NCBI GenBank assembly: GCA_047495785.1
Contig: JBLDXI010000007.1
Coordinates: 2,108,001 to 2,172,000, forward strand
DNA: 64,000 nt
Direction of reading: 5' to 3'
Source: Lepidodermella squamata
Taxonomy: Eukaryota > Animalia > Gastrotricha
This document shows, in pieces, positions 11,874 to 23,126 of this stretch (position 1 is its first letter; every line of letters begins with the position of its first letter). A program made the translations under genes and the position numbers. Below the pieces are notes generated by a model that saw only the letters and a program-made list of their open reading frames with translations, did no database searches and had not been told where the DNA came from.

Positions 11874-12674
11874 TATCTGAACCGCCTGCCCTCCTGTTAC
11901 ACTGGCGCTACTCTGCGCCCACTTTTCCGGCCCGAGTATATCGAGGAAATCCGCGAGATTCCCCCGCTTCCTGGTAAGCAGACGTCGCCGATGGTGCTCG
12001 TCTTTCGAACGGCTGAGCATTACGAGGATGCCATGGCTAACGGTGTCAAGTTTCTGAATCGTCGCATTAAAGTCCACAAGTTGAAAAGCAAGGCTCTCCC
12101 GCCTACCTGTCTGAAGTGCGCCGCTTACGGCCATGTCGCTGTCGATTGTTCTCCGGACACCACGCAACGCTGCAGCCGCTGTGCTGCGACTGATCACACG
12201 ATTTCCACCTGTCTCGCTGAGCCTGAAGATCGTCGTTGCCCCCACTGCAGTGGCGGCGGTGAGCCTCATCATTCTGGTTCGTGGCGGGGCTGCCCTGCGT
12301 TCAAGACCGCCCAGGCTGACGAGGTAGCCCGTCGCCGTGCCATCGCCGTCGCCCGTGAAGCGAAAGCCGCCGAACGTGAAAAGCGTCGTCAACAAGCGAA
12401 GGTCCCCGAGCACCTGCGGGGTGGCCCCACGCACTTTCTCTCCACTCGTGACTTTGTCGGCGGACCAACGCCTGCTCCGTGGTCATCCCCTTCTCCTGCA
12501 CTCCGCGGTCACTTTCTGTCGCCTGATGGCGCCCGGCTCTTTAGTCTTATGGAAGAGCGGTTCCAGCGTATGGAAGCCGCTTTCGAGCGCCGACTCGACA
12601 CTGTCGGCCGCTTATTCGACCGGCTCTTCGCCTCCCCGCTGCCGCCACAAACCAGCTCGACTCGTAATGGCTAA
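11874..12674 (+). CDS. LINE ORF1 (gag-like), C-terminal part with three zinc knuckles
   Basis: CLKCAAYGHVAVDC, CSRCAATDHTISTC and CPHCSGGGEPHHSGSWRGC. The stop overlaps the ORF2 start by 8 nt. Confidence 0.9.
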   Translation, partial: YLNRLPSCYTGATLRPLFRPEYIEEIREIPPLPGKQTSPMVLVFRTAEHYEDAMANGVKFLNRRIKVHKLKSKALPPTCLKCAAYGHVAVDCSPDTTQRCSRCAATDHTISTCLAEPEDRRCPHCSGGGEPHHSGSWRGCPAFKTAQADEVARRRAIAVAREAKAAEREKRRQQAKVPEHLRGGPTHFLSTRDFVGGPTPAPWSSPSPALRGHFLSPDGARLFSLMEERFQRMEAAFERRLDTVGRLFDRLFASPLPPQTSSTRNG

Positions 12675-15536
12675 TACGCTGCGTACGCTACTACAATGGA
12701 ATCCGTGCGGCCTCCCCGGCAAGGAAGCTGAAACTTGTCAACAGCTAGAGACTTATAAACCCTTTGCTCTTTTCATAAGTGAATCCTTTCTTTTCTCTCT
12801 TTTGCGTGTAACCTCTAGGGATTATGCAATTTTTCGTTGTGATCGGGTACAGGACTCCGAGGATCTGTTGCTCAACGGCGCTCGTGGCGGCGCTGCTCTG
12901 TTTGTTCGGGAGGGCGCTCTCGTGGTCGCCGAGCGGCGGCTGGCTCTGACTGGTCGCAAGCTTAGTGAGTGGCTCGCTTTGGATGCTGTCCCTTTCGCTG
13001 GCTCGTCTGTTGTTCGTCTTCTTACCGGCTATTGTCCGCCGACGTCGTCCTTGGATCTCAGCTTCCTGGAAACCGAGTTCGCTGGGGCCTCCGCCTCCGG
13101 CCTCCCATCTTTAGCGGGGATCTCAATGGCAAGTCTCCACTGTGGGGTTCACAGTCCCACGATTTATGGAACCCTCACGGCGATTCCGTACATCATTTCG
13201 TCACCCGTCTCGGTCTGACTGTTCTCTCCTCGCCTCCCACGCACCTGTCGAAAGCTCACAAGACCCTGTCTACGCTCGATATCTGGATTGTCAACGACGC
13301 GGCGCTTCGCCTTCTCGATGGTGGCGTGTCTGTTGGCGACCGACTTAGCAGCGATCACTTCTGCACGTCTGTCAGGGTTCGTCTTCCGTCCGGCTCTGGC
13401 CCTGCTCACGTCTACGACCTCGTGGACCCTGCTCCTCGCTACGACATCTCCAGAGCCGATCGTTTTGGATTCTCTCGTACCCTGATCCGGCTGCTGTCCG
13501 AAATCCCGCTGCCTAATGTCGGCGACCCAGTGATTCGGATCGACTCGTATCGGCGCCAGGTTGGTGCGGCAATCGCCGAATCTCGCCGTGTTCACGTCCC
13601 TCTGCTCGACCGCACTCAGTTGAGAAAAGTTTCAATGACCCGCGACATGCGTAGCCTGCTCGAAAGAAAGAGGATTCTTGAACGTGGGCTCGGCAATCGA
13701 GTTGATGCCGGGCTTGTCGATAGGATCAACGCCTTGGACGCCCAGTTCCGCGCTGCGAAAGCGGCTCAGCAATTGCGGCGGGATATCTCCAACCTGCGGT
13801 ATGTTGAAGCTCTGTCGTTCCAGCACCGCTACCGAGAGGCTTATGCCCGCCTCCGTCGTCTCGATAAGTTTCGCCCTACCCCTGTTGATCGCCTGACCTA
13901 CATGAAGCTCGATGATGGCAGTGTCCTGCCGCCTTCTACTGCCCTTGCTGATGCACTGCTTGATCATTTCGTCAAACCGATGTCGCCCTACGTCGACCCC
14001 GATGCGGACGCTGCCACTCGCCAGTGGTGGCAACAAGTCGAGGACGATGTCGTTGCAGATCCTGACCTTCGGGCTTCCGATGTGATCCGCTTGCCCGCTC
14101 TCGGCGAGTTTTCTGTCAGTCAACGGATGCTCGCTGATGCTGTTAGCCGTTTGAAGTCCTTCAAGGCCCCTGGCTTGGATGGTATTCAAAACATCTACAT
14201 GAAGTGGGGTGGCCCTGTCCTGCAAACCCACCTTCGTCGGCTGTTCAACATGTCTCTTGGCAGTCGCTACGTGCCTCAAGCGTGGAAAGAAGCGGTTGTT
14301 GTGCCTATCCCAAAGGCCGGCAAGCCGCAGAACCATGACTCGTCACAGCGTCCCATCTCCTTGCTGCCGACTGACGCCAAGCTCCTGGAGTCGATCGTGG
14401 CTCGGTGGATGACCCAGTTTCTCGAAAGTCAACACCTTCTCCCTGAGAATCAGTTTGCATTCCGTCCGCACCATTCCGCGCCCGATGTCCCAGTTCGCAT
14501 CGTTCATCGCGTCCGCGTCAACCGCTCCCTGCGCAAGAAGACTGTCGTGGCCGGCTTGGATGTTCAGGCGGCCTACGATTCCGTGTGGCACGCCGGGCTG
14601 ATCCATAAGCTGGCCCAGCTGCCTCTCCCGCGAAATTTGGTCGGCTGGCTGGCCGACTATCTTCGCGACCGTCGTCTGCAGGCTCGCGTGGCGGGCTCGC
14701 TGAGTCGTCAAGTCGTCGTCCATTGCGGGGTGCCGCAGGGTTCCCCGTTGTCGCCGCTTCTCTACATTCTGTACACCGCCGATTTGCTGTCCGCCCCAAG
14801 CGTGGGTGGCACGTTGCTGCAGGCCTACGCGGACGATCTAACTGTCGTCGGCGAGGGTGGCACGTTCCCTGCTGCTCAGCGTCGCCTCCAATTGGAGCTC
14901 ACTCGTATTTCCGACTGGGCCAAGAAATGGCGCCAGAAGTTTAATCCCGCGAAGAGCGAAGTTATGCCCTTTGGTAACGCGTCCGTTGCTGTTAGGCTCA
15001 ACGGAGCCGTAATTCCGCAAGTCGAGTCGTTACGAGTTCTCGGTGTTCACTTGGACCCTAAACTGACGTGGAAAGTTCATGTGGACAAGGTCTCTGACCG
15101 TTGCCGCAGAAATCTGGGTTTTTTCAAACATCTCATGTTCACCCCTGGGCTGTCGCGCCGCTGGCGCCGCACCCTTTACTTGACTCTGGTCCGTTCGTGC
15201 TGGTCTTATGGGACCATTTGTCTGGCTACCGCCTCGAAGCAACAGCTTAATCGTCTCGCAGTCATCCAAAATGATAGCCTGCGTGCAATGCTCCACATTC
15301 GTCGGGACGACAGGGTCCGCGTGTCGGAGTTGGAATCTCGTTGCCGCATCCCGAGCGTCCCTCGGTTTCTGGAACAGTGCCAGCGCCGTTATGTCGCCAA
15401 AGCCGCTCAGTTTGTCCTGCCGCTGCGCGAGGACCTCGAGAGCGTCCGCCTGATGGCCCGCCCCCCTCCGCGCTCGCCCTTCGTGCTGTTGAGCAACAGA
15501 CTTCCTCGTGGTCCTCTGCCCGACTTCATAGGCTAG
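12667..15536 (+). CDS. LINE ORF2: APE endonuclease + reverse transcriptase, with one frameshift at ~13105-13115
   Basis: ATG at 12667. Endonuclease motifs: LQWN, ISES, GGAALFV, GYCPP, [frameshift], GDLNG..WGS, TLDI, SDH. RT motifs: RPISLL, QFAFR, LDVQAAYDSV, GVPQGSPLSP, YADD, LGV. No RNase H is evident. Confidence 0.93.
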
Positions 15537-15926
15537 GCTGTTATTCTCTTTTCTCCCATCTTCTCTCCTATATCTTCCCTCTTTTTCTTCATCTCTTCTT
15601 TCATGTTGTTTTTTTTCCTCTTCAGGCTGCCTTGCTTTTTTATAAAATTCCTCCGTTAGCTACCGTTGTCTCCGCCATATTTTCTCCTTTTTACTCTTAC
15701 CGCAATTCTCTGTAATGTGTTTCTCTCTGCTATCGATAACTACCCTGCAACTGATAAAACCCTCGCCATCTCCCTCTCCGTCTCTTACGTGCCCCATCAA
15801 TATGATGAGCATGGATACATCTTACTCGCACGCGCCTCTTGTTCCATAGTATTATTAGAGAGTTATTTTGTGTATTTTTTATTTGGAAAGAGGACAACAA
15901 TAAAGATTTTTATGTTTTTTTTTATC

Positions 15927-15964
15927 ACTACAGTAGAACTACGGTAAGAACTACGGTAAGAACT
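15927..15964. repeat. Short tandem 12-bp repeat (agaactacggta)
   Basis: ctacagtagaactacggtaagaactacggtaagaact. The same motif occurs in both orientations at ~7097-7170, on the other side of the LINE. Confidence 0.6.
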
Positions 15965-16236
15965 CAATTTTTGGTGCGCGCTTAATGTCACTAATGGTGC
16001 GAAGTACAGGGGTGCTGGGGTGTCGCGACATCTCAGTGCCCATTAGGCATTTTTCGAGTTTCGAGTTGCCGTTTTCGATCGAATAACAAAATATTGCCGA
16101 ATTGTCGTTGCTCAATTGTCACACAACCACGCAAGAATATGGGGAATCGCCTATTTGTGGATCCAACAAATCAAACCTGTGCACTTAAACGCGTGCGCAA
16201 AAGGCGTGCATAGATTGTGCGCACACTGGCGGCATA

Positions 16237-16276
16237 CAAACAAACAAACAAACAAACAAACAAACAAACAAACAAA
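16237..16276. repeat. (CAAA)10 microsatellite followed by small hairpins; possible Helentron-associated (HINE-like) element end
   Basis: Ten perfect CAAA units, then tgtca...tgaca and ggggg-tt-ccccc stems at ~16282-16320. Confidence 0.75.
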
Positions 16277-16405
16277 CAACTTGTCAACTCACAAACGGTG
16301 ACAGTATGGGGGTTCCCCCCGGCATTTTCGGCGTGTAACGCGGAAAAGCTTTATCCCAAAAATGCACAGTGTAATTAAATTGATAAATGAAGTTTTTTTA
16401 TTTTG

Positions 16406-18129
16406 TTAACACATGGAGTCGGACGTAACGCATTGCTGAGATCTCGGGCAGTATTTGGCCTGTCCTTTGCAAGCGGTGCAATTTTGTTCCTCATCTCCAT
16501 GTCGACAGTCTTCGCTGCCATCACACACCTTCTCAGTCGGGATGCAATTCCCGGAAAGACATTTATATTCAAAAGCAGTGCAAGGCCGGCAAATTTCATC
16601 GGATTTATCTTCTTCTCCGCAATCCTTTAAATTTTTGAAAAATAAATAAAAACAAAGAAAAAATGCGGTTGCTTTTAACTTACAAAATCACCATCGCAAA
16701 TGTATCTATTTCATCAATCGATTAATTCAATTCAATTAATATAAAGTATTCAAAAACTCACGTTTCTGGGATGCATGTTGTACTGTTCAAGCATTTGAAA
16801 GCTCGATCGGCGGGGCATTTCGAGCAGGTTGACTCATCCCAGCCATCATCGCAGTCTTTCTCACCGTCGCATACCATAGCGAAACCGATACACGCCCCTT
16901 CAGGGCATTTAACTCCACCGGAACCGCATGGGCAGTCTTGAAATTCATCGTCAGAACAATCTCTCTTGCCGTCGCAAACCCAGTACTTCGGAAGGCAATA
17001 ACCGTCACTGCAGCGGAAATCACCTTCCTCGCAGGGTAGGTCGTCGCAGTTATTCTCATCAGCACCACCTTCGCAGTCTTCGAAGCCATTACATCGATAG
17101 TCAGTAGCGCTAATGCATATCGTTGTATTCGGGCAATTGAAAGTTCTATCATCAAGGCCGCTGCAAGTCAGGCAGCCTACTTCGTCTTGTCCCGATGGGC
17201 AATCTTCTGATCCATCGCACTGTTTACTGAATTAAAGACTTACTTATTAGATTTTTTGGTCAAACATTTATTTTACGCTATTTTATTGAACTTTGAAATT
17301 TGAATTCAATTATACTGTTATTTAATTAATAAAACTTTAAATTTTAATTTTAAATTCGAATTTATTTTAAAGAGAAAACGAACCTTGCGCTGATGCATTT
17401 CGACGAGCCTTGGCATAGGAATGACCGGTCCTCTGGACATTTCTGAAAAAGCGTAATTATTTTTGTTAACAGAGTAATATTTTAATTAATTTTACCGAAC
17501 AGTTGCTTTCGTCCGACCCATCGTCACAGTCTTTCTCGCCATTACAAGTTAGACCCCAATCAGCCAGGCATTTTCCACTGCTTACACATTTGAACGTGAG
17601 ACACGGGCAGTTCTCTTCGTCATCCTCGCACTGCTTCATCCCATCGCATCGCTGGCTCGCGTCGAGACATTTGCCGTCCGAGCACTTGAACCGTGTAGCA
17701 GTATCACAGCAGTTAAGCTCGTCCGATCCATCCTCGCAATCGTCTTCTCCATCGCAAACGGATTCCTTGTGGATACAGGAGCCGTCTTTATTGCACAAAA
17801 ATTCATCAGGCGTGCACGCTAATGTTGGTTACAAAAAAAGTAGGTTAAACGCTGTTTTATTGCTGTGACCTCTCATCGCACTGACCTGCATTTGAGCAAT
17901 TAAGCTCATCAGCGCCGTCGGGGCAGTCTTTGTAGCGATCGCAAAGGTCGCTCGGCTGAAGTTTCTTCCCGTCCGAACACTGAAAACCGCCATCGCTAGT
18001 CTGTAATTGATAGATAAAAATGAGTACAACAATGTTAAGGATGCGCACCTTTTTTAATTGCCCCTCGATGATACATGTCAGCAGGGCAAAAACAGCTAAA
18101 AATCGGCAAAACTCGGTTATTATAGCCAT
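16406..18129 (-). CDS. Secreted protein made of ~10 LDL-receptor class A repeats; 8 exons including a 22-nt micro-exon (16684-16705)
   Basis: Signal peptide [23 protein letters not shown], then repeated C..F.C....CI....CDG..DC.DGSDE..C units. It ends in a partial repeat (VTSDSMC*) with no TM segment. Confidence 0.88.
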
Positions 18130-18444
18130 GTTATTTTCCAACACGAAAACCGTGGAATGAAGGAAAATATTGTCTAAAATCCTCTTGTTGCTCGCTGCTT
18201 ATTATTTCGTTACGGAATTAACGAAAATTGCCCTAATGAGTTGACTAAAATGTAAAGGTACGTAAGTTGTTTGCGGCCATGTTTTTCTGAGTCTCGCCCA
18301 CGCATAGACATGGGAAAACAGCGAAATAGGCAGAACAACATCAGACAAGATCAGAATCTTGGCCAGGGTCTAATCAGAATCCAAAAATGAAAAAAATAAT
18401 CAATATTGAAAAAATCGGTCAAAAAATAGTAAAAATGACACCTT

Positions 18445-21400
18445 TTATTGGTAATTGTTTAAAATCGAACAAAATTTTCTAGTTGGTCGGCACTCGAAAG
18501 CCGCCGCAAAGTCTTTATTATTCATAACGGCTCCCCTAACTCGAAGTGGAGCCGGGCTGTAAGTCGGCTCCGAAGCCGCTAAATCCGCCCAAGTTATACC
18601 AGGCGCCATAGCCGAACAATAGCCCTGCGCTTGGGCAATGAAAAACAACCTATCAAACTGGTTATCCCGATTCCGCCGCCGCTGGTACCAGCGATAGGCC
18701 ACCTGCAGGCCTACAACATCGGCAATGTCCTGCAGATATGTCCCCTGCGCGAAATTTCTATCGATTTTATACGACCCTGCGAGGGATGAGTAGAAATCGA
18801 CTATGCAAGACTTATGCTGGTAGAGTAAGCGAGGGTCGTCGCGGATGTAGAACGGCGAATTTCGGTCGAGAAATCGGGCTAAAATATGGCCGAGTTCGTG
18901 CGCAATAGCCGTCGCGACATTGCCGAACCTCACAGCGTCTAGATATTCAGGGTCAAAATTCGGCCTCTGAGCTGCCGGGTATTGAAAGACCACCGTATTA
19001 GTCGGGTTAAACATCGCAACGGCAACGTCTAACGGGCACATGGTGCCTAGTTCGAAGTTCCGACTGCCCGAGAAAACGGCCCGTAAATGTTGGCGAAAAT
19101 TAAACGCTCGAACTTGAAGTTTGTTAGTGAAATAACTAGCATTAGTAACGAAATTAAACGGTTGGTAAAATTGGTTTAGTTGCGTTTGATTGAGCGCCCA
19201 ATTAGGCGGACCGACGCGAAATGCGGTTTTGTCCAAAATTGACCTGATTTCGGACTTTGACCCAGGCGACAATAGCGGCGAGTCGGATACTGCTGTTGAA
19301 TAGCTTGCGATGATTTCGGACGCGATTTGGCGCAGTTCGTCTATATTTTGCCAGCCGTCGAACAGGTGTTTTCGGTAGATCGAGGCTACTGCGAAGGGTA
19401 GGGAGGTAGCGGTTTCGGTGAGACAGGCTTGTTGCAGCTCAGCTGTGATGTTCGGCGCATCGGTTTGGTTGATTATATCGACGTAAGGAAGGAAAGCTTT
19501 TGTGATGAGGTAGTCTTCAAGAATATCACGTCCCTGGGAAAAAAAAATAAAAAATATCATCATACTATTATGGCGCCTAATAACCTAAGTTGGGCGCGCT
19601 AAATTCGGGGTTCCAATGGGGTTCCAGCACTCAATTTCCCCAAATAAATGGTTTCCCGAGCTGAACGTTGAAGTTAACTTTGGAATCTAAACTTTTTATT
19701 GGGTATCTTGCCCAACCGATTGATGGCTGAGCCGATATCGATTTACCGTATCGAGTATCGATTTCAAAAATCAGTTATTTTTTCGATGTCACCTGACTTA
19801 TAGAAATTAACATTGAAATTGTGCCTACCTACATAATTGAGGTCATACTAGGTAATACAAAATCCAAGGGTCATTGGGTTCATCGATTTTAAAGTAGGAA
19901 TATTGAAATATTTAGACCCCTCCAGCCAAAATTGGTTCTAGATTTTCTTTTTGAGAACCTTGAAATAAAAACAAAAATCATTCATCCTTTATCATGTAAT
20001 TACAATTTCAATTTCAATTTCAAATTTTTCCTGATATTTCGGTTCAAATTTAAAAAATTCAAGAAGTTAACAAATTGAAAAAAATAATAGTTAATTAAAT
20101 TAAATTTTAATTTCTATTTTTTCCACTCACCTGTTTTGTGCTCATTTGATTTTCCATAAATTTGCACAGCCTCGTTAAATACGAGCAAAACGTAGATGTA
20201 GTGTAGAAAATCTGAATTCGCATCTCGTTATAGCCGACATTTTTAGCAAAACTGTCGATTATCGACGTCCAGTTCAACATATTGCAACATCTATTCAAAC
20301 GCACGGCGCTCGTCTCAACGTAAGACGCGTCTCGCCAGCCGCTATCCACCTCCACCAGTTGCTTCTCGAAAGTTTTAATTTTACCACGAACTCGAGAGAA
20401 ATACGGCCCTAAGAGGCGTTCGAAAAGCACGGAAACACTCTCGGCATGCTCTTCTGGCATCGCTGCGCCGCGAAATGACCCAACCGAGACGACAAACACT
20501 TGGTTTGAAGAGCCTTCTAGATTATCGACGTAAAATTTGAATAAATGATCATGGGTGTAGTAGCTTAGACGATTGATGCGTTCGTTGAGGCTTAAAATTT
20601 CGGCGCCGGTTTTCGAGCGGTAATAACTCCACCCACCGAGGTGGGCCAGGTGAGTTCGGAAACTGGCGTCATTTGACGCCCAATCACTGGCTCGGATGCA
20701 GGTATCATAAAAGGCCTTGACCTTTAGCTCGGAATCTTCGACAAATTTGGAAGGATCGCCTGTTAAAAAAATTAAAATTAAAATCAAATTTTATTAATAT
20801 TCATTTTAATAAATTTAAATGGTTCTACGACAACTGAGACCGGACAACCGAGACCAAAATATAAATAAATAATATTATTTTCGCTAACCGAGACACCGAC
20901 AACCGAGACCAAATAATTCGATTTAATAATTAATTAAATCTCGGACAACCGAGACTCCGACAACCGAGACACCGACAACTGAGACCAAATAATTATAATA
21001 AATTAAATTTTTAATAAAAGCCTAAATTGAAGCCGAATATTGAGCATATTGAGCATATTGAGACCCCAATCCAGCCCTAACCCTAACCCTAACCCTAACC
21101 CTAACCCTAAAACGTAAAGTATATGTGAGTAAGCCATTCCTTTGTAAATTTAATTTATTATAATTATTTGGTCTCAGTTGTCGGTGTCTCGGTTGTCGGA
21201 GTCTCGGTTGTCCGAGATTTAATTAATTATTAAATCGAATTATTTGGTCTCGGTTGTCGGTGTCTCGGTTAGCGAAAATAATATTATTTATTTATATTTT
21301 GGTCTCGGTTGTCCGGTCTCAGTTGTCGGAGTACGATTTAAATCGATAAAATAAAAATAGATTAAAAATTAATTTCACTGAAAATAAATTTAAATCTAAA

Positions 21401-21952
21401 ATATTAAATAATTTTGCGTGTTATCAATTTTTCTAATTTTTGAAAATTTGAAAATGCTTTCGAAAATTTTTGAAAATTAAAAAAATTGCAATTACCAAAG
21501 AGATTAATCATCTTAGTTTTTGCCAATTTTCCGAGATATCCGTTGTAGGTCGTGTAATTATCGCCCTCATCAACGGGATGAACGCGTTGATAATTACCGC
21601 ATACAAATTCGTAAAAATTATCGCAAGGATCGGCTCGTAAATTCATGTGGCCAAACATGGCCCTTATTTGATCTTCGCAAATGTTCGACGATTGGCATGA
21701 CCCTAACGCCGCGGCTTTGTTCAAAGGCGGAAATCGCGGCCGAGGAGTTACGGTGATTTTAAGGCTAGAATTTAAACTCGAAGCCGCCGTAGCTCCGGTT
21801 AATTGCTCCTCACGGATTCGTGCGGTGATAGCTTGTAAATTTTCGAGGTCTCGAATGTAATCTTGGCGAATTTTAAGAACCACTCCAAGAAAGAGAAGTC
21901 CACTGCAAAGAAGAAGCAGAAACAGTAGTAGCAACCACCATCTTGTCTTCAT
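18445..21952 (-). CDS. Neprilysin/ECE-like (M13) type II membrane protein, probably inactive; exons 21952-21496, 20759-20131, 19533-18445
   Basis: N-terminal TM, DPCDNFYEFVCG, KVKAFYDTC, GGW, HELGH, LFFIAQAQGYC, FAAAFEC. The ENIAD motif reads QDIAD and the HSP motif reads YSP. Confidence 0.9.
20821..21335. mobile_element. 515-bp non-autonomous foldback (MULE-like) element with ~185-bp subrepeat-rich TIRs and a central telomeric repeat
   Basis: The arms at ~20828-21010 and ~21146-21328 are near-perfect reverse complements built from gacaaccgagac units. An 8-bp TSD ATTTAAAT lies at 20813-20820 and 21336-21343. Confidence 0.9.
21075..21110. repeat. Interstitial telomeric repeat (CCCTAA)6, with an (atattgagc)~3 tandem just upstream
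   Basis: Six perfect ccctaa units, read directly from the sequence. Confidence 0.95.
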
Positions 21953-22494
21953 GAAGAAATTTCGCTCTTGGTGGAAGAGATGAAAAAAATCCGGAACTTT
22001 TTAAATGTAGCGGCCCGGCTATTGTGCCTCCATCAGAAATCGGCTTATTGCGGGCGGGCGTAGATAAGGTAGAACGCGTTTGTACGTAAAAACACTGCAA
22101 AAATGGCTAGCTTTTCGTCTGCTGCTTTTGTTTGTTTATCCCAAGTTGGTTGCACGAGTGCTTGAAAGAACTAGTTGTTTATTTTTATTGTTTTATCCCA
22201 TTTTTGCGTGGTGGAAATCACAGCGTTAAGTGTGCGAAGATATCGGTTATCCCTACGTTTCGATATAAAGATAACACTAATGTATAAAAAATGAATAATT
22301 CGATCGTTATACTCATAAATTGGAAATGAAAGATTTGATCAAAATTTTGAATATGCTAATTAAGTATTAGTATAACGCAGACCAATATTTTATTGATCAT
22401 TACAGCGTCCCTTTTAAGTTGCGCAACCATTTTGTAATTTCGCAAATTTTTGGAGAAAATTAAAGTAATTTTTTGAAATTGAGCGCACTAGAAG

Positions 22495-22590
22495 GATCTC
22501 CCATACGTTATCCACGATTTTACCGAAGAAATTTAAAATTTACCGGAGAAAAACCCGATGGTAACTGGTTCGGTATTTTTTGGTTTTTAA
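22495..22590 (+). repeat. Dispersed repeat fragment; related inverted copy at ~45105-45200
   Basis: aaaacccgatggtaactggttcggta matches the reverse complement of taccgaaccagttaccatggggtttt. Flanking similarity (cgattt.a.cg.agaaat) extends the match. Confidence 0.55.
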
Positions 22591-23126
22591 CTGGTTGGAT
22601 CACATTTCTTCGGATTTCTTTAACCCCATTCACAAGAAACATATTTGATTACTATTCTTATGGTGTTTTGGATTATCCTAAAGTTTTTTGGCCATGAGAT
22701 ATGACTTTGCCTCTCATTTTAGAGTTTCTGATCCCTTTTCCCCGTATTTTTTGTTTGCGTTAGGTACTTGTAGGTGGGATTGTGATTTAACAAGGCCTCT
22801 CTTCTACCGTACATTTTACCTCAATTTTTCTTTCGTTTTTCATCATTCAGCATTCATCATTACCAAGTATGCAACAATATCAAGCATTGTTTCCTAAACA
22901 AGTGGCCTGGGAATAATTTGCATAGAATAAGGAATAGAATCCACCCTAAATCGATATATACCAGCACCGCGTTATTAATATTTAAAACTCGCATCGACAC
23001 TTCATTATTAAGATGAGCTCGCAAAGAGACTTTCCCTCACACTCGTGCCGCGTAAATAATCGACAATGCCGGCTGCATCTCTAAAGGACAATTTCCTATA
23101 GTAATTTTCATTCACTGCCGACAAAC

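Larger units (their letters stand above)
7362..15923 (+). mobile_element. Non-LTR retrotransposon (I/Jockey-group-like LINE), interrupted at 8181-11873
   Basis: It has a putative CATT 5' start, a gag-like ORF1 with 3 zinc knuckles, an overlapping ORF2 with APE endonuclease and RT, a pyrimidine-rich 3' UTR, AATAAA at 15899 and a T-run. It is visibly GC-rich relative to the host. The ends are approximate. Confidence 0.92.

Noticed and set aside
11862-15296. Many antisense and alternate-frame ORFs over the LINE (similarly 63213-63839 over actin)
   Set aside because: These are shadow ORFs expected from GC-rich, codon-biased coding sequence and show no motifs.
20828-21330. Regularly spaced gacaaccgagac repeats as a CRISPR array
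   Set aside because: The context is eukaryotic, and the short units form two mirror-image arms with a TSD, so they are transposon TIRs with no unique spacers.
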